Part shown: piece by piece, positions 41,270 through 57,100 of the stretch | How the letters are laid out: each line of letters opens with the position of its first letter | Position numbering within the stretch: position 1 is the first letter of the stretch | DNA from: Octopus vulgaris | Lineage: Eukaryota | DNA length: 64,000 nucleotides | Direction of reading: 5' to 3' | Assembly (NCBI GenBank): GCA_951406725.2 | Contig: OX597818.1 | Coordinates: forward strand, 99,882,001 to 99,946,000 | Translations under genes and position numbers: made by a program | The notes under the pieces: generated by a model | Databases searched by the model: none | What the model was told of the DNA's origin: nothing | What the model saw: the letters and a program-made list of their open reading frames with translations, nothing else

Positions 41270-41500
41270 TTAAGACGTGGAAAGAACTTGGAGGGTTGAT
41301 CCTTCATCCAGGCTTCTTGCAACGCACTTAAAGCCGGGAATCTTTCAGTACACATATACGTCAGGTGTTCATTGATTGCAGAGCAACACGCGATGAAGCA
41401 TTTTCCCCAAGAGCACAATGCATCACAAAGTCCAGGGATCTAAATCATGAAATCACGATATGGTGCTCCTGAGTGCATCACCATAAACTCCAGGTCACAC
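41270..41500 (-). mobile_element. Degraded SINE related to family C
   Basis: gagcaacacgcgatgaagcattttccccaagagcacaatgcatc...ccagggatctaaatc...accataaac. Confidence 0.55.
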
Positions 41501-41877
41501 ACGTCGCTTACAGACACACACACACACACAGACACACGAATACACAAACATAATACATACACACATACATACATGCACACATACATAGATACTTGCATAC
41601 ATATATGCATAAATACATACACACAAACATACATATATACATACAAACAGAAAGAAATAAAGAAAGAGAGAAAGAAAGAAAGAAGTGTGATGGTAATGCA
41701 TTTTTCTTGAATTATTGAAAATCTGAATGAATATGAAATGTGAATGACGAAGCTAATGATGAGCCTATCGTAGACTAGACATGCACTGGGTTTAGATTTT
41801 TCCAGAACAAAACATCAAACAATTGATTTGAATTATTTATACCAGTATTGTTTCAGTAACGGCGGGTGCTGCCGCTT

Positions 41878-41932
<55 letters not shown>

Positions 41933-41938
41933 CACTAA

Positions 41939-42084
41939 GCGCAGGAGTTGGTGTGTGGTAAGTAGCTTGCTTACCAACCACATGTTTCCTGGTTCAGTAG
42001 AACTGTCTTCTACTATAGTCTCGGGCCGACCAAAGCCTTATGAGTGGATATGGCAGACAGAAATTGAAAGAAGATTTTTGTATG

Positions 42085-42129
<45 letters not shown>

Positions 42130-42336
42130 GTGAGTGTATATATTTGTGTGTCTGTGTTTGTCCCCCAAACATCGCTTTACATATGATGGTGGTGTGTTTA
42201 CGGCCCCGTAAGTTAGCGGTTCGGCAAAAGGGACCGATAGAATAAGTACTAGGCTTACAAAGAATAATGCTTGGGTCGATTTGCTCGACTAAAGACGGTG
42301 CTCCACCATGGCTGCAGTCAAATGACTGAAACAAGA
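41939..42336 (+). mobile_element. SINE family A (internal deletion) inserted in (CTA)n
   Basis: Head gcgcaggagttggtgtgtggtaag through tail gactgaaacaag; CTA repeats on both sides. Confidence 0.88.
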
Positions 42337-42357
42337 CTACTACTACTACTGCAATAA

Positions 42358-42570
42358 TGGTTTCAGATTTTGGCACGAGTCCAACACGTACGTAAGGAGG
42401 ATTAAGTCCATTATTTAGACATCTGCGCTCGCTGAACAGGCCCTTAATATGATCGACACCGAAATTGTGAGAGGTAAAATCGACCTCAACGGAATTTGAT
42501 CTCAGACCATGATGACGGACAGCTTGCCGCTAATCATTTCTCTGGTGATCTAACGACTCTACCGGCTCTC
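42358..42570 (-). mobile_element. Degraded SINE family B variant
   Basis: gatcgacaccgaaattgtgagaggtaaaatcgacctcaacggaatttgatctcag. Confidence 0.65.
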
Positions 42571-42786
42571 TGCATCGACCCTCTCCCCCAGTACTCACAT
42601 AGTAGTTATTATACCACCCCCCACAAAGTAATGGTGTACTCATTGTAACGTGGTAAGACTAATACCAGGATGCCATTTTTTTTTCGATGCGCTAAACGGT
42701 TCTGTCATGTTTTAGTTTTCACAATTTCTGTCTTCTACTTCAATCAACTGTGGAATCTATTCTATATTGTTGAGATGAGAAATTCC

Positions 42787-42950
42787 GTACATTATTTACA
42801 TTATTTACATTAGACCGATATGTCCTCATCTTGTTTGCTGTTATCACAACGTTTCGGCTGTTAACACAACGTTTCATCAGGTGTTCTGTAAGAATTTTGA
42901 GCCCAACTCTTGGTTATCCTTCCTAAGGTATTTTCTTTACTGATGTTATT
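42787..42950 (-). mobile_element. PLE-like 3' module (family P2) with rearranged hammerhead motif
   Basis: Reverse complement of 43560-43707. Minus strand acacCTGATGA...cagccGAAACGTTgtg, with stem II disrupted by a local duplication. Confidence 0.7.
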
Positions 42951-42964
42951 ATTATTATTATTAT

Positions 42965-43707
<743 letters not shown>

Positions 43708-45188
43708 CATGGAATCTGTAAGGATGTAATTATTTGTCTTTGAATGCCACCAATGTAACTAGAGAGGTTTAAAATGTATATTAGTTCGTGGATAGTTGGA
43801 ATTAAGGGACAGAATTTCCTGCCGAACGTTGCTGTATCTATTTCTTCTATCACAATCATTTCGTAATTCTGTTCGTGGTGATCAACTTGATAGTCGTTGA
43901 TATATTTGTCATTAATATGTTTGTCAATACGATGGTGATGATTATGATCGTGATGATTATTGTAGTGGAAATAATGATGCTGATAATTACGATGGAGATT
44001 ATATTGTCAATGAAGTTTTTGATGTTGGTAATGATGATTATCACCAGGACGACGGCCATCACCACCACCGACATTATCACCACCCTACTCCTTCTCCTTC
44101 CCTCTCCTCCTCCTCCTCATCATCATCACATCCTACTCCTTCTTATCTTTCTATTTCTCCTCATCAGTATTATCGTCGTCTTTGCCGTTGTCATCATCAT
44201 CCTTATCGACACGTTTGTCCTTGCTACCGTCCCCGTCGCCTTCCGCCGTCTGATCCTCCTTATTTTGGAGGTTCACCAGACAATATAACATCATGAAGTT
44301 ATATGAATAATTTGCTAATTCTGTAAATATTATTTCTCAATATTCTGTGGTAAAATTCATGATGAAAGAAAAAAAAAAACTAGTCCGATGATAAATAGAA
44401 CTTCAATAAATACAAGAAACAATAAATACATCGGTTTTGGCATCATTAACAAATGCAACAAATAAAGGAAAATTAAAATAAAACCGCATCTTGTAAACAA
44501 ATCAACACATGTTTGATCTCCATAGAACAAATAGAAAAAATAAAAAGGCCTAAAGAAACCGAAAATAAACAATATAAACCTGAATGATGCGAGGAAAAAG
44601 AAAAGATAACAAACAGCAATAAGTAAAATTACAGCAACAACAATGACAAAGACAGCCGTTTTGTTTTCTAATTAACATGGCAATTGCTTTAATTTCCTAA
44701 ACAAGAGAGAAAAAGAAATGGTTGAAGAAAGAGTTAAAAATAAATAAATAAATTCGTTTTTCAATTTATTGACAGATCAGCGTTTCAATTAAGACGTTCA
44801 GTTTCAAACTGTTGCGAGAGCAGTGAAGGAAATTGGAGGAAAATAAGGCGAAAAATAAGAAACGGAAGAACAAGAGAGAAATATCCAACTAATAAATGAA
44901 AGTAAAATGGAAGTATATGGGTTTAGTGGAAAAATTAACTGCAAGAAAATGGAAGCCGTATTGTAAGACAAACAGGAAAGATTATGTGATGAAAATGAAA
45001 GTAAATATAGAAAGTAAAACTAGAAATTGGAGAAAAACATTCAAGTAGAAAGAAAAGGTAAACATGTGACGACAATAGCAAAGAAGACAAAGAGGTTTCA
45101 TTCTCTCATTATATTCAATAATCTTCCCTACCCCTTTGTGAAAATCTTGCATCAGAACTGCATATGGATTGTATCAGAGTCTCCATGA

Positions 45189-45245
<57 letters not shown>

Positions 45246-45320
45246 CCTAACTAAGCACTCTCTTAATATAAATGTGTGTGTAAATACAAGCATACATGCA
45301 CATATATGCAGACACATATG

Positions 45321-45379
<59 letters not shown>

Positions 45380-46856
45380 GTATGTAGGAGGATAGAGAGA
45401 TACAATTAAATATACACATATATACACATACACTTTCAATGAAATTCAGTCCCACAGGGTCCTCGTCCTATAAGTTATACACCAATATAAACACATACAG
45501 GCATTTACATACACACATGAGCCCCACACACAGACACGCACGTACGTACACACACACACACGTCCACACACACGTATACACAGTCACGCGCACGCACATA
45601 TACTCACGCTAGCGCGCGTTTGTGTGTATTAATCAACTTTAGTTGATTAATTAATTTAGTAATTACTTTCTGTTGATTAAATAGACTAATAACCTTCCGC
45701 TAGTGTATTTGGCCTTGTGCCTAAAAAAAAAAACCAAAAACAAAAAAGACAAAACAAGTCATGGTAGATTATAGTGAGAGCGCAATATCAAAAGTTCCAT
45801 TTACAGTAAACTGCATCGAACATCTAATACGCAGTTAAAACAAATATAGGCTCAATTCCCGTACACTTTAATTACTCCCCTAATGCAGTTAATACAGAGA
45901 AAAATGATGAACCTCTGTACTTCCTACTTTATACATCTAAGCAGAATGCATTTCTGATGAGATAAATAAAGCAAAACTGAAGTAAAAAATATTGAAAAAA
46001 TATACGCATTCAATGAATGAAAGTAAAGTAAGAATGGAGTCGAAAGGTCAAGAAGTTGAAATAATGGAAAAAGGAATAATCCGGGGGAGAAATGAACGAA
46101 AAAAATTTGGAAGAAGGCAATGTAAGTAAAGTATAATTCAGTGTAACACAATGCAGTAATGAATTAGATAATGAGAACAATGGAGCAACGTTCAGAAATT
46201 AAATACAGCGACGAGGAAAGGGAAGACGACGTAAGGGTGACAGGATAATAATGATTATGAAGTGTCACTTTTTTTTAATGCTTATTGGTTGCTTTTGTGG
46301 TTGTTGTATCGCTGTATTGATTTTCGTACAATTATTGGCATATGTTGACGTTATAATTGAAGTTGGTTTACGTCTTCCTTATATTGTTTATTATAAATTT
46401 AGCTTTGTTATATATATTCATTGCGCATTAGCCGATTTTGTTGCCGGAAATATGTTGTTTGTGGTTTGCAATGTTCCCTGATTTGGCTGTTGGTTACGTT
46501 TTTTATAGGTTATGTTTCTTTTTTATACAATGAGTATTGTTAATGCCTTTTTTTGTAATATTCCATTGCTTGGCGAATGTATTGATTTTTCTACGAACAT
46601 TTTACCTATTTTCTTGTATCTTTCCCTTGTGGTTTAGTTGGGAAAATTTCATTATTTGAGTATTTTGTAAATGCGTATCTGGAATATATGTATGTGTGTA
46701 TGCATTTATGTATGCATGTATGTATGTATGTATGTATGTATGTATGTATGTATGTATGTATGTATGTATGTATGTATGTATGCATGTATGCATGTATGTA
46801 TGTATGTATGTATGTGGCATATCGCAATACTACACAGTGGCTGTATGAGCCACGAA

Positions 46857-47020
46857 ATCCTCGTCGCCACTGTTATATCGCACGTTCGGATGCCTTCTAC
46901 TCAACTCTCTCTCTTCTCTCTACCTGCTATTCAACTGTTCTCTACGACTTTTAGACTTCTCCTTCTATGTTTACGTATTGGGCTAGCCTACTTCATCGTC
47001 TGGGGCTGTCCACACAATAG
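46857..47020 (-). mobile_element. LTR-retrotransposon remnant: LTR end + tRNA primer-binding site
   Basis: Minus strand ...GATATAACA-G-TGGCGACGAGGAT. The plus strand ATCCTCGTCGCCA (46857-46869) matches the 3' end + CCA of tRNA-Ser(GCU) as I recall it. Confidence 0.55.
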
Positions 47021-47212
47021 TATTCAAGTGTGTATGTATGCATGCATGTATATCTTATGCATATGTGAATGTAAAGATGTGTACGAATGGACTGATGTAT
47101 AGGTGAATAAATAAATAAATGGATACACGTATGTATAACTGTTCAAATTTAGAGAGCAGACCAACAATACTGAAGAGTGGTGCAAATGACCAGAATCCTC
47201 CACCCCCAATAA

Positions 47213-47473
47213 AAAATGAATAAATGCGCCCTTTTAAAGCCTAAGCAGGCTCATAGACCTGGTTTCCCGATTTCGATGGTGTATGTGTTCCCCGGCTGGA
47301 CAGGGCGCCAGTCCATCGCAGCGTAAACTCATTTTTGCTAGCTGAGTGGACTGGAACAACGTGAAAGGACGTGTTTTGCTCAAGAACACAACTTGTCGCC
47401 CGGTCCAAGAATCGATACCACAGTCTTACGATCATGATGCTGACAACTTAACCACTAAGTCAAGTGCCTCCAC
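47213..47473 (-). mobile_element. SINE family C with ~15-bp TSD
   Basis: Homologous to 18185-18437; TSD ctcca(c/a)ccccaataa at 47198-47212 and 47474-47488. Confidence 0.88.
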
Positions 47474-48449
47474 CTCCAACCCCAATAATTATACTTTATT
47501 TTATCGACTCCGAATGTATGAACAGCAAAATTTGTTTTAGGTCGGAGTTGAACTTAGAATTTATAGTATCGTTACTAACTGCCAACGCTTAATTAATTTT
47601 GTCAATTCGGCGGATTTTTGTGTGTATATCTAATGAAGAATGGACATAGAGTTATTATTAAATGTTTATTTACATACTTATATGCATACAGAAATAGGGA
47701 CATACATGCCTGCGTATACATATATATAAGTGTGTGCATACGTATATGTAAAAATGTAAGAGTATGTAATCAGATATATTTATATTAGCTATCAGGGAAG
47801 GGTGGGATATTTTTTCAAGTTAAATCAATCTCGCTCATCGTAACATCATTTACGAGAACATTGACAATATTTAAGCCGTTAGTTTGTTTCTGTTTATGTA
47901 TACTTTCTTATAAGTATTTATATATATGTACAAGTTTGTAAATGTGAGCATGTGTGCGTGAGTGTGTATGTATGTGTGTGCGTGCGCCCGTGCTCACATG
48001 TATGAATATGTTATATAACGAGTATATGAGTTTGGGACTATTTTCATTCTTGTGAAATTTAACGTATTGCAACAACGCCGTGAAAAAGCTACATTGATAG
48101 CCTGCAAGGTATTGCATAACACGTATCTCCAATGCACTAATTAAATTCATCAAGTTAAAACAGCTTGCCATGTTTACTTAGAATTTATCATATTACATTA
48201 ATCATTTTCAGTTTGTTCAGCGGCTTACAAGAAAGTCGTTTATTAATGAGAAGATTTCCAATTTGTTACCGTTGAGAAGATTTTTATTTGTTACCGATGA
48301 AGAGATTTTTAATTTATAGTTTGTTGTTAATGTTAGCTTTCGTCCGGATTAATGCATTTTCTCTTCTTCCTTATATGTTTTCAGAGATAAAATTTAACTA
48401 TTAATAGATAGAATCCATTCTCGTCGTTTCGTACACGCTAGTGTGTAAT

Positions 48450-49084
<635 letters not shown>

Positions 49085-49895
49085 TTATTTTCTGGTTTAT
49101 TATTATTTCTATATTCTTCTATATTAAAGCATATTAAACTTGTTTCAATAAAAACGATATTAACTCATGTTATTTTGATACAATTAAAAGGAAGTAGTTA
49201 GAAGAAAATATATAAAGGTGAATATAGGAAGCAAACATATAGCAGAGATTCGCAAATAATGCCTAATAATATTGTTTGTGGCTGAATATATTTAATAGCT
49301 TGTTTTAACATTCAAACATTTGCTGAAGTGAATTTATATAGAAATTACAAAAACATGTTGACATTCTCGGTGCATCAGGAAATTGGCACTTCTTCGAAGT
49401 TGATTTCGACATCATACTCATAGTTATACTTCGTGTTCAGCTCTTCATGAGGACCATATGGTTTATTACGATATAGGCTTTTAAAACGGAGATTTAAATT
49501 CAGAGACAGTGTGAATTTAAATTGCCTTTCTCGTTTTATCAGCAAACATAGAGAACTCAATAGTTGTCCTATTATAAGTTAGAATATTGGAGGCAATGAT
49601 CACTTATATACTAACAGCTTACAGACTAGTAGATCTGGAAAAATATTTAATTAAATCTGTATGGACACTCTACTTCTAAGAGTGCCTGATTTGCATTGAT
49701 TTGTGTGTGGCTTTTAAGACAATGCTTTAGCCATGCTACACAGATTAGTATTTCGCGGACCTTAATGTAGTTATCATTGCAGAGCAAAGAGAAATATTAA
49801 GTACATCTTTACACTGTGTATAACAATTCATAGAAACATAACCTTCATAGTAAATGACGAAAGGATATGTCTTGATTCTCTTGACAAATGAAACG

Positions 49896-50312
49896 GAATC
49901 TTTTCGGTTTGACCGGCAGTTTTTTCTAGTGGTGTCATATGAAATTGTCACCCATAATTATGACCCTAGTATCGATCTATTGCATTTCAATCTATTTTAG
50001 AGTTAGGGTTAGGGGTGGGGAGAAGGGTAACTTTTAATTCAGAAATGTAAATAAACCCAACCTGTTTCTTAAACGAGGGACATATTCATACGGCATAGAA
50101 TTTTTTGACTTGAATAGATGTCATTGATTGGTTGAAATTGCAGAAATTGAAGAAAACAAAACAACAAATATCTTACAAACTATAGAATTTTTTCAATAAT
50201 GCCAAGAGAAAAATATGTTCTATAAACACATTCTAACAGTATACGAAGTTTAAAAGTGTTTAGTTACGTGGAAATTATTTTTAAAAAACTGCCGGTCAAA
50301 CCGAAAAGATCC
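49896..50312. mobile_element. MITE with 30-bp TIRs and 8-bp TSD (Merlin-like by GG terminus; hAT/P not excluded)
   Basis: TIR g(a/g)atcttttcggtttgaccggcagtttttt, 29/30 match between ends; TSD ATGAAACG at 49888-49895 and 50313-50320. Confidence 0.9.
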
Positions 50313-50745
50313 ATGAAACGAAATTGTTTGATAAAATAAATGTGTGCGTTGTACTTACGATTTAAGTAGCCTACTTGCTCGTTTCCTATATATAAACAGG
50401 ATTGTATATAGAGTATTCAGAAGAAAACCTATAAGTGAGCTATTTAAATATGTGTTATTTATTCAAATATAATGGCGACCAACAGAATTATATTTGTAAT
50501 TATTAAAATATATATTCAATTAATATCTTATTAGTCTTTCCCCATCATTTGTATGTGTTTATGAATGCGCATGCATGTGTGCTTATGCGTGAAATTATGT
50601 GTGTGTGTGTGTGATTGTATGCATAAATATATGAGTATGTTTGTGAATACACACATAAATACTATTGATAATCTGCAAGTTCTTGGGTGCTATGTTACCA
50701 GGTGGTTCTAGATTTAGAACCGGATACAGCCTCTACAGCTTTTAA

Positions 50746-51092
<347 letters not shown>

Positions 51093-51719
51093 TGTCATGT
51101 ACGTACGTACACACATATAGATGTGTGTATTTTTATATTTATGTATGTTATTGGTAATAGAAATTATGCAAAACTTTCTTTCGCAAGCTGTTGTTTACCA
51201 TATTAGTGTTCTGGGAAATATATTGAAACAGGTGCGAAAGATTAATTGTAATTCAATTTAGAAAAAAAATATTCATAAATAGGAAGGTCACATGTATTAT
51301 ATATAATTAAATATTGCATTATGAAAATTCCGTGTGTCAGAGCGTCCAATTAAAAATGCATATCGTTGATAAGTCATGAAAACATTAAAATAAAATTGAC
51401 TCAGAATTTTTCAAATATAGTTACGCTAACTTGCTGTTAATCTCACACTTACTCTTTCTCTATCTCACACTCTCTCTTTTGCCTCTATTATACATACATA
51501 CATACATACATACAAAGATACATCCATCCATCCATTCATACATACATACATACATACATACATACATACATGCATACATACAAAGATACATACATACATA
51601 AGTACATTTTTATGCCATTCGTACGTTCCCTTCTCTTGTTGACTAGTAAATGTCAACGCAAGAAAACTTGTTTACATGATAATTACTAGCGTTTGTATTT
51701 TTTTAATTTTGGAATATTC

Positions 51720-52085
51720 TGAGGCGGTGAAATCAGAGAAGCGTCGGCAAGCTGAGTAAAATGCTTAGAGAAACTTCACCTATCCTTAAGTTCTGAGTTC
51801 AAATTTCGTCGACGTCTACTTTGCTTTCTATTCTTTCGACGTCGATAAATTAAAGTACCAGTTTAACAATGTGGTTGATATATTCCAGTAATGATCTCTA
51901 CCAAAATTGCTAACCTTGTGCTAAAATTTGAAACCAATTTTTTGAAATATTCTGTTGCAGTGGATTAGCAAAATCATGTGAGTGTCAAGCATAATATTTT
52001 ACGGTATTTATTTCTAGTCTTAAGGTTCTGAGTTCAAATCACCCTGGGATCCACTATGTATTTCATCATTTTCGGACAGATAAAA
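51720..52085 (+). mobile_element. Degraded SINE family B copy plus adjacent fragment
   Basis: ggcggtgaaatcagagaagcg...gttctgagttcaaatttcgtcg...gtcgataaattaaagtaccag...aaaatttgaaacca. Confidence 0.7.
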
Positions 52086-52989
52086 CTGCGTATATATCTA
52101 TATTTATCTACCTATATAATCATTAAACTCCACTGCCTGTAAGTATTTAATAGCAGTCATGATATGGCACCATAATGAAGGATCTTATGAACTCCGATTT
52201 GTATAGTTTGGGCATTCATTTTACAAATATTAATTCCAAGAACCACCACCACCAAACATAAAACATAAAAATCTTACACACAAACGCATTCACTCACTTT
52301 CATATACACACATACACACACACACACATGTACACACACTCACGTAAATTTGGAAGAAATATCGCTAAGTATTATGTCTAGCGTGCTAACAGATCTGCCA
52401 GCTCACCACTTAACGACTATTAATATTCAACTTCTGTCCACACTTGGTTCTTGTTTGTTCACAAGAGTCTGCATTTATGCTTGAAATCTCTGAAGACAAA
52501 AATTGTTTATGTATGTATATAGATAAGTAATCGATTGGAAGGTTGAAATATTTTGGTTTTAACTATTCAAAGAGTTCTTTGTTTTTGCCATTTTGGGCAT
52601 TCAAATTTCATGTTTATTTATAGTTGGTTTATTTATAATAATTGTCCGACACGTGTTTCGATCGCATTCATTGCATATTGTTGCATATTTATATGCAGCG
52701 ATTTATGTATTATTAGTACGATCTCTGCAGGAAGTATAAATATGACATTGTGCGACGAAGAATTTTCCTATGTTATTAGTTTGAATTAGGCTTGGTTCGA
52801 GTAATAGTAAGCTATGACTTTCATCAATGAGCTGTGAAAAACAGCTCATCGATGAAAGCACAATCCGTGTTTTCCAGAATGGAGGCGAACAACGATCTCC
52901 ATGTGATCAGCTTGAAAAATTGTTATGATACTAGGATATTTTCTTGCTTCTCTTGACATGAAACCAATGATAGCTTTAACTCAGAAATA

Positions 52990-52990
52990 T

Positions 52991-53056
<66 letters not shown>

Positions 53057-53286
53057 TGTGTGTGTGTGTGTGTGTGTATGTTTGGTGTGTGCATGCATGT
53101 ATGTAAGTACGTGTAAATATACATGTGTGTGTATGTATGTAAGTAAATATAGATGCGTTCTTTGATATATATATTTGTGCATTACTGTTTTGTACGTGTG
53201 TGGAGGTCTGTTTATATGTACATCGCATCTAACTGTAGTATTGAAATATACAATTGAAATGTATTATGCATTTATGCTAAATATAC

Positions 53287-53357
<71 letters not shown>

Positions 53358-54059
53358 ATATACGTCGTAACATACACAGACATACATGCCAAATATATAT
53401 TTATGTATTATAAAATTTTAATTATATATTTAATACACACTAGAATATCTTGCTTTTCTCACCAGTATATTTAAGTCAATATCACTATATATATATATAT
53501 ATATATTCGTAACCATGCATACATGTATGTAAACACAAACACACAAACATATACACACTCACACACACATGTATATATATGCACATATAAAATCGATATT
53601 ATTGATTATGCATATGCGTATACATTCACTAGTTTGGTCCGTATGTGTATGTATTGATTTGTGAAAATAATCTAAATATCCTATTATATATGCATAGAAA
53701 TTCATCTTGTATCCGAAAATTATAAGCACGTGCTTCATATGCGTAATTTATGCAAATATAGCTTTTAAAGAATATTGAGTGACACGTGGCATACACATCT
53801 CCCTGCTTCTCCACATATATATACGCGCGCACAGAAACACGGCGCATATGTATGTATATATATGCGTATATATACATACATATATATATATATATATATA
53901 CATATATATATACATACATATATATATATATATATACATATATATATACATACATATATATATATACATACATATATATATATATATACATACATATATA
54001 TATATATATACACATATATATACATACATATATATATACATACATATATATATATATAC

Positions 54060-54129
<70 letters not shown>

Positions 54130-54190
54130 TATGTCTGTGTGTGGGGTGTGGATGGAGAAAAGAGAGAAGGTAGAGAGAGAGAGAGAGCGA
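52990..54190. repeat. Cluster of (CA)n/(TG)n/(TA)n arrays
   Basis: Directly visible; source of the long Y/I ORFs. Confidence 0.9.
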
Positions 54191-57100
54191 TCGAGAGAGA
54201 TGTATGCCAGTAGATGCACTGCAAAATAGATACTTATATGTGTGGTACGCATGTATATGCAAATATATATCCGTGTATAATTCATGCAAATGGTTTGCAT
54301 AGATAATGACTTCTATCATTGAAATAAATACACATTTTCCACAGGAACAAAGTTTAAAATGTAGAAGTGGAAAACAACCAGTAATTCTGTTACAGACATT
54401 ATAATATTGATACTGTTTTATTTCGAGAGAGAAAATAAGGTGGATTGAAGGTGAAAGAGAGGAAAATAAAAAGTAAGAGAACGATAGAGACAACTGTATA
54501 GGTAGGTAGATAAATACATATATAAATAGATAGAGAGGTAGATAAATAGATACAAAGATAAATGTAAAGATATATAGGTATAAAAAGAAAGGTGAAGAAA
54601 GTGAGAAAAATATTAACTTGTTATAAAATGAATGACAGGAGATAAAGTGTAAACTGTTGGGTTGTAGCATGTACTGAAATAGGTATGTTTAGAAATAAGC
54701 ACGTTGAGACTAAACAATGAAGTTGCATTTATTAAGGCACTTTATTATTCTTCAGTTTTAAGCTGACACCTTTATAGAAGCGTTAGCGTTTCGGCCAAAA
54801 AGCTGAGCTGTATTTCTGTCGGCACTTTATGTTATTAGCAATTATTAGTAAATTCTGAGCTTTGTCTTTCAACATTTCATGGTCGATACACTAAGTATAA
54901 GTTAAGCCATGGGGTCGATGTTCTCGACTAACTTCATACCACTAAAAATTACGGGCCTTGATGTAATAATTTTCTAATACCATTATTATTTTTATCATTA
55001 AGGACGGTGAGTTGATAGAATCTTTAGGGCGTTGAAAAATAATGCTTTATAGCCATAGTTTCGGCCCCTTACGGTCACGCTTCAAATCCGGTTGACATTA
55101 ACGTTACAGAACATCTTTCATGGATAGACAATATAAAGTACCAAAGAATTACTGCTCGGTGGAATCGGCTACTCCTTTCCATCAACATTTTAGTCGTATT
55201 CCAAGTATTATATTAGAGAAAAGTGTCAGTTACAATAATGGAAAACTTATTTTGTAATAATTGTGCGACTGTTTTCTTTCTAGATTCCAAATCATGCCAA
55301 TGTCAACAGTTGCTTTCATCATTTTGTAATTAAGTATTGCCGTTGAATAATCTCTCATCAAAATTGTTAACTTGTGTCTGAATTAAAGAAATTACTTATT
55401 GTTTAGGTTTTGTGAAATGATACAAAAATCGGATAGTTATGAGAAATAAAATGTCAATGATAAAATGGATATTGAAGACCGCATAAATGAGCAAATTTCT
55501 TTTGAGACTGGGTTAACAACACTGCTTGACCTAGGTTAAGAATTGCGTAGTCAGAGAATCGTAGGAAATATTTTGAGGTACACATTCTTGCTCCTGGCGA
55601 TCAGAATTCAAATCTTACTGAGGAAAATTTTGCATTATTCAGTGAAAGGTCGATAAATAAAGTACACTGTGAGGGTGTGGTATAACGATTCTGGGAAGCG
55701 TCATTTGTTCCGTTCATTCTAGTTCAATTTTCCTGAAGGTCTATTTAGGTTTCCGATTTAATCTGTCAGCGAATTTAAAATCTCTACCATTTTTTGGGGT
55801 GTATTTGACAGAATCTTCCCTACCGAAGTATTCATACTACTTACATGTTTTGAGGATACTGTTCTCTTTTTCTCTTTTACCATTCATGAAAGGTGTTATG
55901 AGTATAGCCGTCCCGCATCAACAGGAGATGAAAACAGCGTTGCCATTTTATAGGACATATTTGTATGTTTTCTGAAAAACACTGCGCAATGAGATACACT
56001 TAAAGTTCCAGTAGTCTTCACTGTAGCAGTCAGTTTTATATAACAATCTGTCTTTCTTGAGTAATGTCATGTGAGAAACTATTTATTGTCGACATATGTC
56101 AAGTTTACTGAGGTAACGTGACTTACAGAAGATACGAATTCTGTTTTTGGAAGATAGTTAACTTCATTACTGGAATAAGCATGAAATTATTTTCGAAGTT
56201 AAAGGGTTAACAGAAAGGATATTGCACAATTTCTTCTGTAGCAATTATAAATGACATGATTTTTTTAGCTTCCATTTTACTGTAAGTTAACGGTAATATC
56301 ACTAAAATTATTTATATTTGACAGCTCATTTCTATACTGTAGTAATGACATCTGGTATGTCGTTTATTAATAAACTCTTCTCGCCTCTTATCTTGAAAAT
56401 GACGTTCAGTTTATTATTTTCCACCAAGTTATAACTCCTTCTCCCTATGTATGTATTTCTGTATACCGACAATATTATTTTCATAATAAGAAAGAATCTA
56501 CAAAATAAAGGAACGAGAGAATAGAGAATGGTAACTTAATTTTGTGAGGAGACAGTATCTTCTCTATATCATGCAATAAGAGTGTGTGGGTGTATGTGTC
56601 TCTGAGGGGCTCTATCCCATTTATCTACCTAATAGATATATTATGTTATCAGCTAGAACCCTTTCAAAATATGCTCATACATTACCCCGCCATAGTTTCT
56701 CCAAGTTCTCTAAGTTATGTTTTACAAAGAATAATTCGCATCAATCCCTAAGGGCTAATATGCAAAATATTGAACACTCAAATACCAAAATGTAATAAAT
56801 TGCAAATGCTATGAGATGTATGCTCATAAAATAAGCATTAACTTTACCACATGCACTCAGCATTTCAGTAACTGATCTAAAGTGATTTGGTGGACCATAA
56901 AAATATATTTACTTTCTTAATGTGATTTGGAGACTATGGTATGGTAGTTCAACCAAAATTATTAGAATAATAATTATATAATTGAAAACAAAAAAAGTAT
57001 ATTCGAATAAAAAACGAGAAAGGCAGAGCTTAGCATGATATGGATTTCCTACTAGAAGACTTTTGACTGTTCCTCGGACATAAATCCTAGAAACATGACC

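Noticed and set aside
50003-50015. Interstitial telomere
   Set aside because: Only two TTAGGG units, and they lie inside a MITE.
53629-54670. Long ORFs (223 and 301 aa) and the many other Y/I, H/T, C/V, S/L and poly-V ORFs
   Set aside because: They are translations of stop-free microsatellites, with no domain content.
56190-56210. piggyBac-like end (aaagggTTAA)
   Set aside because: No matching left TIR found, so no element could be delimited.
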